The notes beneath the pieces were generated by a model. That model was not told the origin of the DNA. It ran no database searches and saw nothing but the letters and a program-made list of their open reading frames with translations. This document shows positions 47,999 to 50,339 of a stretch of DNA of 50,339 nt, piece by piece. This DNA is from Mycobacteriales bacterium (GTDB taxonomy: Bacteria; Actinomycetota; Actinomycetes; Mycobacteriales; Geodermatophilaceae), in assembly GCA_038200385.1 (NCBI GenBank), contig JBBPYA010000120.1, forward strand, positions 1 through 50,339. The letters are read 5' to 3'. Within the stretch, counting starts at the first letter, position 1; each line of letters opens with the position of its first letter. The position numbers and the translations under genes were made by a program.

Positions 47999-49486
47999 TC
48001 AGCGGGTGGGCAGCGGTTGCATGTAGCGAAGCACCGCGACGGTGCCGATCTTCCGCCCGTGGTTCGTACCAGCCTCCACGGCGTGGCGGAAGTGGAAGCC
48101 GATGTAGATGCGGGAGACGGCGTTCTCGGCTGCGGCCTGGGAGAAGCTGGTGAAGTGCCGGACCACCGGCTCCGGGTCGTTGCAGACCCCTTCGGGCAGC
48201 GCGATGCTGTCCGCCGCGAATGGAATGTTGTTGGTGCCGAAGAATCCCGCCAGGACAGTCGCGCCCGCACCACCTTCGGCGGCGTGCGCGGAATCGTAGT
48301 CCGGGATCGGTGGAGTCGGCACCAGGGGAGTCCAGGTCGGGTCGGCCACCGTCAGGGGGTTACCATCGGTCCAGGCGGTCTGGATGGCAGTCACAGGACG
48401 CCAGAAGTTGTCGTCGTACTTGGTGTCGAAGGACCCGATGTACCCGTCGGCGAGAGCCATGTTGAGCAGCCCCAGCAGCCGCGCGCTGTCCCACAGGTCG
48501 AGGTGCTCGGAGCCCGCGACCGTACGGGCGATCTGGTTCCACCGCAACGGTGAGCTCACCAGCCAGAAGCAGGCGATCTCCGTCTGCTCCTCCGTCCGCG
48601 CACTGGGCGTGGTCAGGTCATCGCCTCCGAGGTTCTTCACCTCGACGAAGTCCGCCGTGTACCTCCTGCTGTCGACCGGGTAGGGCGGTCCCGGCCGGCC
48701 CTGCGAGCTGTCGTTCAGAACGAACGGCGTCACCTCGCCCCAGCCGGGAGCGAACGCGAACGTCTGCCCTGGTGTGAAGCGGTACTCACCCGGCTCGGTT
48801 CCCTGCGGGTAGTCGAAATCCAGCAGCGGGGTGTCCGACCCGTCGTCCACGCGCAGCGCGAGAATGGCCGCGGCGGCGTTCTCGCCGACACGGATCCCCC
48901 GCGACCTGGCGCGCCCGGCCGGGATAGCCCCGATCGCGGCGGTGTAGTCGGCCTCGACGACGGCCACGCCGGCGTCGATGCACTCCGGACCGAAAGGTTC
49001 GGTGAGCTGCTCGAGTACTGGAACAAGCACGCCTCGCGCGGCCGCCGCGACGGCTGCCTCTGGCGAGGCGCCTGGCAGCGCACGGCCGACGAACGCGTAC
49101 GGCCGCGACCGCAGGTCGATCGCGTTCAAGGCGTCGTGGACCGCGATCTGCGCCATCGCGTACAGGTGCGACTCGTGCAGCGGGTTGTCCAGCGGAGCGA
49201 TGCACGCCGCAATCGCCGCGTCCCCAGCGTTGGCGTTCCACGCCAGTACGGCGTTCGGTGTCTCGTCGACGGACGCACTGGAAGCTCCGGTTGTCGCCAC
49301 CAGGAGCGCGGCTCCCAGCATCACCGCGAGACCAGCCCCGGTGGCCGAGCGCACGAGAGGTCTGGGCGAGTGCCGCCGAGGCTGCCGGGCTCCACCGGTC
49401 CGCTGCCGGTGACGGGAGGCGCGCTGGTCAGGAGCGAGGCCGGCAAGGCCCGCGTGGGCGTCGCCGGGATCGATGGTCATTGGCAT
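47999..49486 (-). CDS. secreted vanadium-dependent haloperoxidase / PAP2 (acid phosphatase-related) family protein
   Basis: The motifs are K-x6-RP (KYDDNFWRP), DYDSAHA (an SGH-like block) and SRIYIGFHFRHA. An N-terminal hydrophobic signal-like segment ends in ASSA. The ATG at 49486 lies 5 nt after GGAGG. Confidence 0.7.
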   Translation of the reverse strand: MPMTIDPGDAHAGLAGLAPDQRASRHRQRTGGARQPRRHSPRPLVRSATGAGLAVMLGAALLVATTGASSASVDETPNAVLAWNANAGDAAIAACIAPLDNPLHESHLYAMAQIAVHDALNAIDLRSRPYAFVGRALPGASPEAAVAAAARGVLVPVLEQLTEPFGPECIDAGVAVVEADYTAAIGAIPAGRARSRGIRVGENAAAAILALRVDDGSDTPLLDFDYPQGTEPGEYRFTPGQTFAFAPGWGEVTPFVLNDSSQGRPGPPYPVDSRRYTADFVEVKNLGGDDLTTPSARTEEQTEIACFWLVSSPLRWNQIARTVAGSEHLDLWDSARLLGLLNMALADGYIGSFDTKYDDNFWRPVTAIQTAWTDGNPLTVADPTWTPLVPTPPIPDYDSAHAAEGGAGATVLAGFFGTNNIPFAADSIALPEGVCNDPEPVVRHFTSFSQAAAENAVSRIYIGFHFRHAVEAGTNHGRKIGTVAVLRYMQPLPTR

Positions 49487-49847
49487 GGGGACCTCCAACT
49501 TCTAGGGAGAGCGCTGCTGCACGAGGTCACGGTGGTCCCCGACGTCGGTGCGGAGCCATACGACGTTCCGCGTATGGCGGGGTGCAGCAAGCGGGTGGAC
49601 TCTGGGCGCACGCCGCTGTCCCGACCGCACCGGGTTACGTGATCTCGCACAATTGCCAGTTTCCGCGGGATGATCTCGGGAACTCGCCGGCTCTGGCCGG
49701 GTCACCTCCCGGGATCATCGCTGAACGGGCGGGAAAGTCCGAGATCGTCGGGCTCGCGGCGGGCACGGGTCTGGCTGACGCCCGCCGCCTGCATCGCACA
49801 GCAGCCGCTCCAGGACGAAGTCGAGCAGCTCATGGACCTCCTCCGCG

Positions 49848-49867
49848 ATGGGCACGGCCGTGCCCAT
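49848..49867. repeat. perfect 20-bp palindrome ATGGGCACGGCCGTGCCCAT in a long non-coding stretch
   Basis: The sequence is self-complementary over all 20 positions, as read directly. Confidence 0.9.
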
Positions 49868-50339
49868 AAGCCCGGATCCACCGCGGAGCTGTGGTGTGAG
49901 GGGCTGAACGTCGCGGGTGTGTCGTTTGACGGGGCTGATCGTTTGCGGGCGTGTTGGGTCTGCCGGTCTGCCGGCTTTCCTGGGTCCTCTGCTCTGTGGG
50001 TGCTGGCAGAGGGTCCGTTGACACGGTCGGTCGTCTCGTTGGCACGGGCATGACACCCCCGAGGACGCCTGAGTACCGCTGGACGCTGAGGTCATGCCGG
50101 CGCACCGACAGCGTCACGTGTGTCTACCCCGTGATGTCGGTCATGCAGCAGACCGTAGGACCGAGCCCTGGGCTAACGCCGCGTCATGGGCTCGCTGCCT
50201 CATGAGTTGTCCCTTGTGCGTGCAATGAGGGTGCGCTGCACGTCGGTTGGGGCCAGGTCCTGTCCTGGGCGCAGCGTCACAGCGTGACGGTGGAGGCCAT
50301 CAGGTAGTCGTCGAGGAGTCTCTGCAGGTGGGTGCGGTC

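Noticed and set aside
49380-49486. A twin-arginine (Tat) signal on the haloperoxidase-like protein.
   Set aside because: The N-region is Arg-rich (RHRQR, PRRHSPR), but no clean S/T-R-R-x-F-L-K motif directly precedes the hydrophobic core. Only a generic signal peptide is claimed.
49900-50100. CRISPR-like or other spaced repeats in the non-coding tail.
   Set aside because: Only very short tandem duplications (for example GTCTGCCG x2) are present. There is no repeat-spacer periodicity.
50277-50339. The 3' end of a minus-strand gene running off the window (...DRTHLQRLLDDYLMASTVTL, stop at 50277-50279).
   Set aside because: Only 20 codons are visible. That is too short to assign coding status or function.

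Overview
This is a very GC-rich actinobacterial chromosomal segment, and most of it is core housekeeping. Gene order is collinear with the Mycobacterium tuberculosis Rv2187-Rv2220 block. In order: fadD15-like ligase, pimB-like GT4, ripC-like NlpC/P60, DEDD/GIY-YIG nuclease, trpD, ctaE, qcrCAB, ctaF, ctaC, asnB, adoK, erpA-like, DUF3043, cobT-like, gcvT, pepA, lpdA-sucB, DUF1731 epimerase, lipB, lipA, DUF4191, glnA. Lineage-specific insertions interrupt this order: a DsbA/FrnE-like oxidoreductase, two tandem BNR/Asp-box paralogs, a Ser/Thr kinase with an FAD oxidoreductase, DUF2237, a DinB-like gene, leuS, and an 11-mer-repeat membrane protein. I found no rRNA, tRNA or CRISPR array. Two regulatory elements can be read directly. 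One is a ydaO-class c-di-AMP riboswitch ahead of the NlpC/P60 gene. The other is a double GlnR box ahead of glnA. A recurring theme is gene decay. Remnants of an NYN/YacP-like gene, a glycerate kinase, an HNH/DUF222 gene, an MMPL transporter, a tyrosine integrase and an IS110 transposase are present. One or two otherwise intact genes also have single-nucleotide frame problems. Downstream of glnA the sequence becomes visibly more A/T-rich and looks like an old, decayed integrated element. It carries a LuxR-family regulator and a secreted vanadium-haloperoxidase/PAP2-family protein. I did not find a convincing multi-gene novel system. The best candidates for follow-up are the membrane-anchored BNR paralog pair, the riboswitch-hydrolase link, the leuS leader hairpin, and the decayed island with its long non-coding tail. 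All calls come from reading the sequence and from remembered family motifs. No searches were run.
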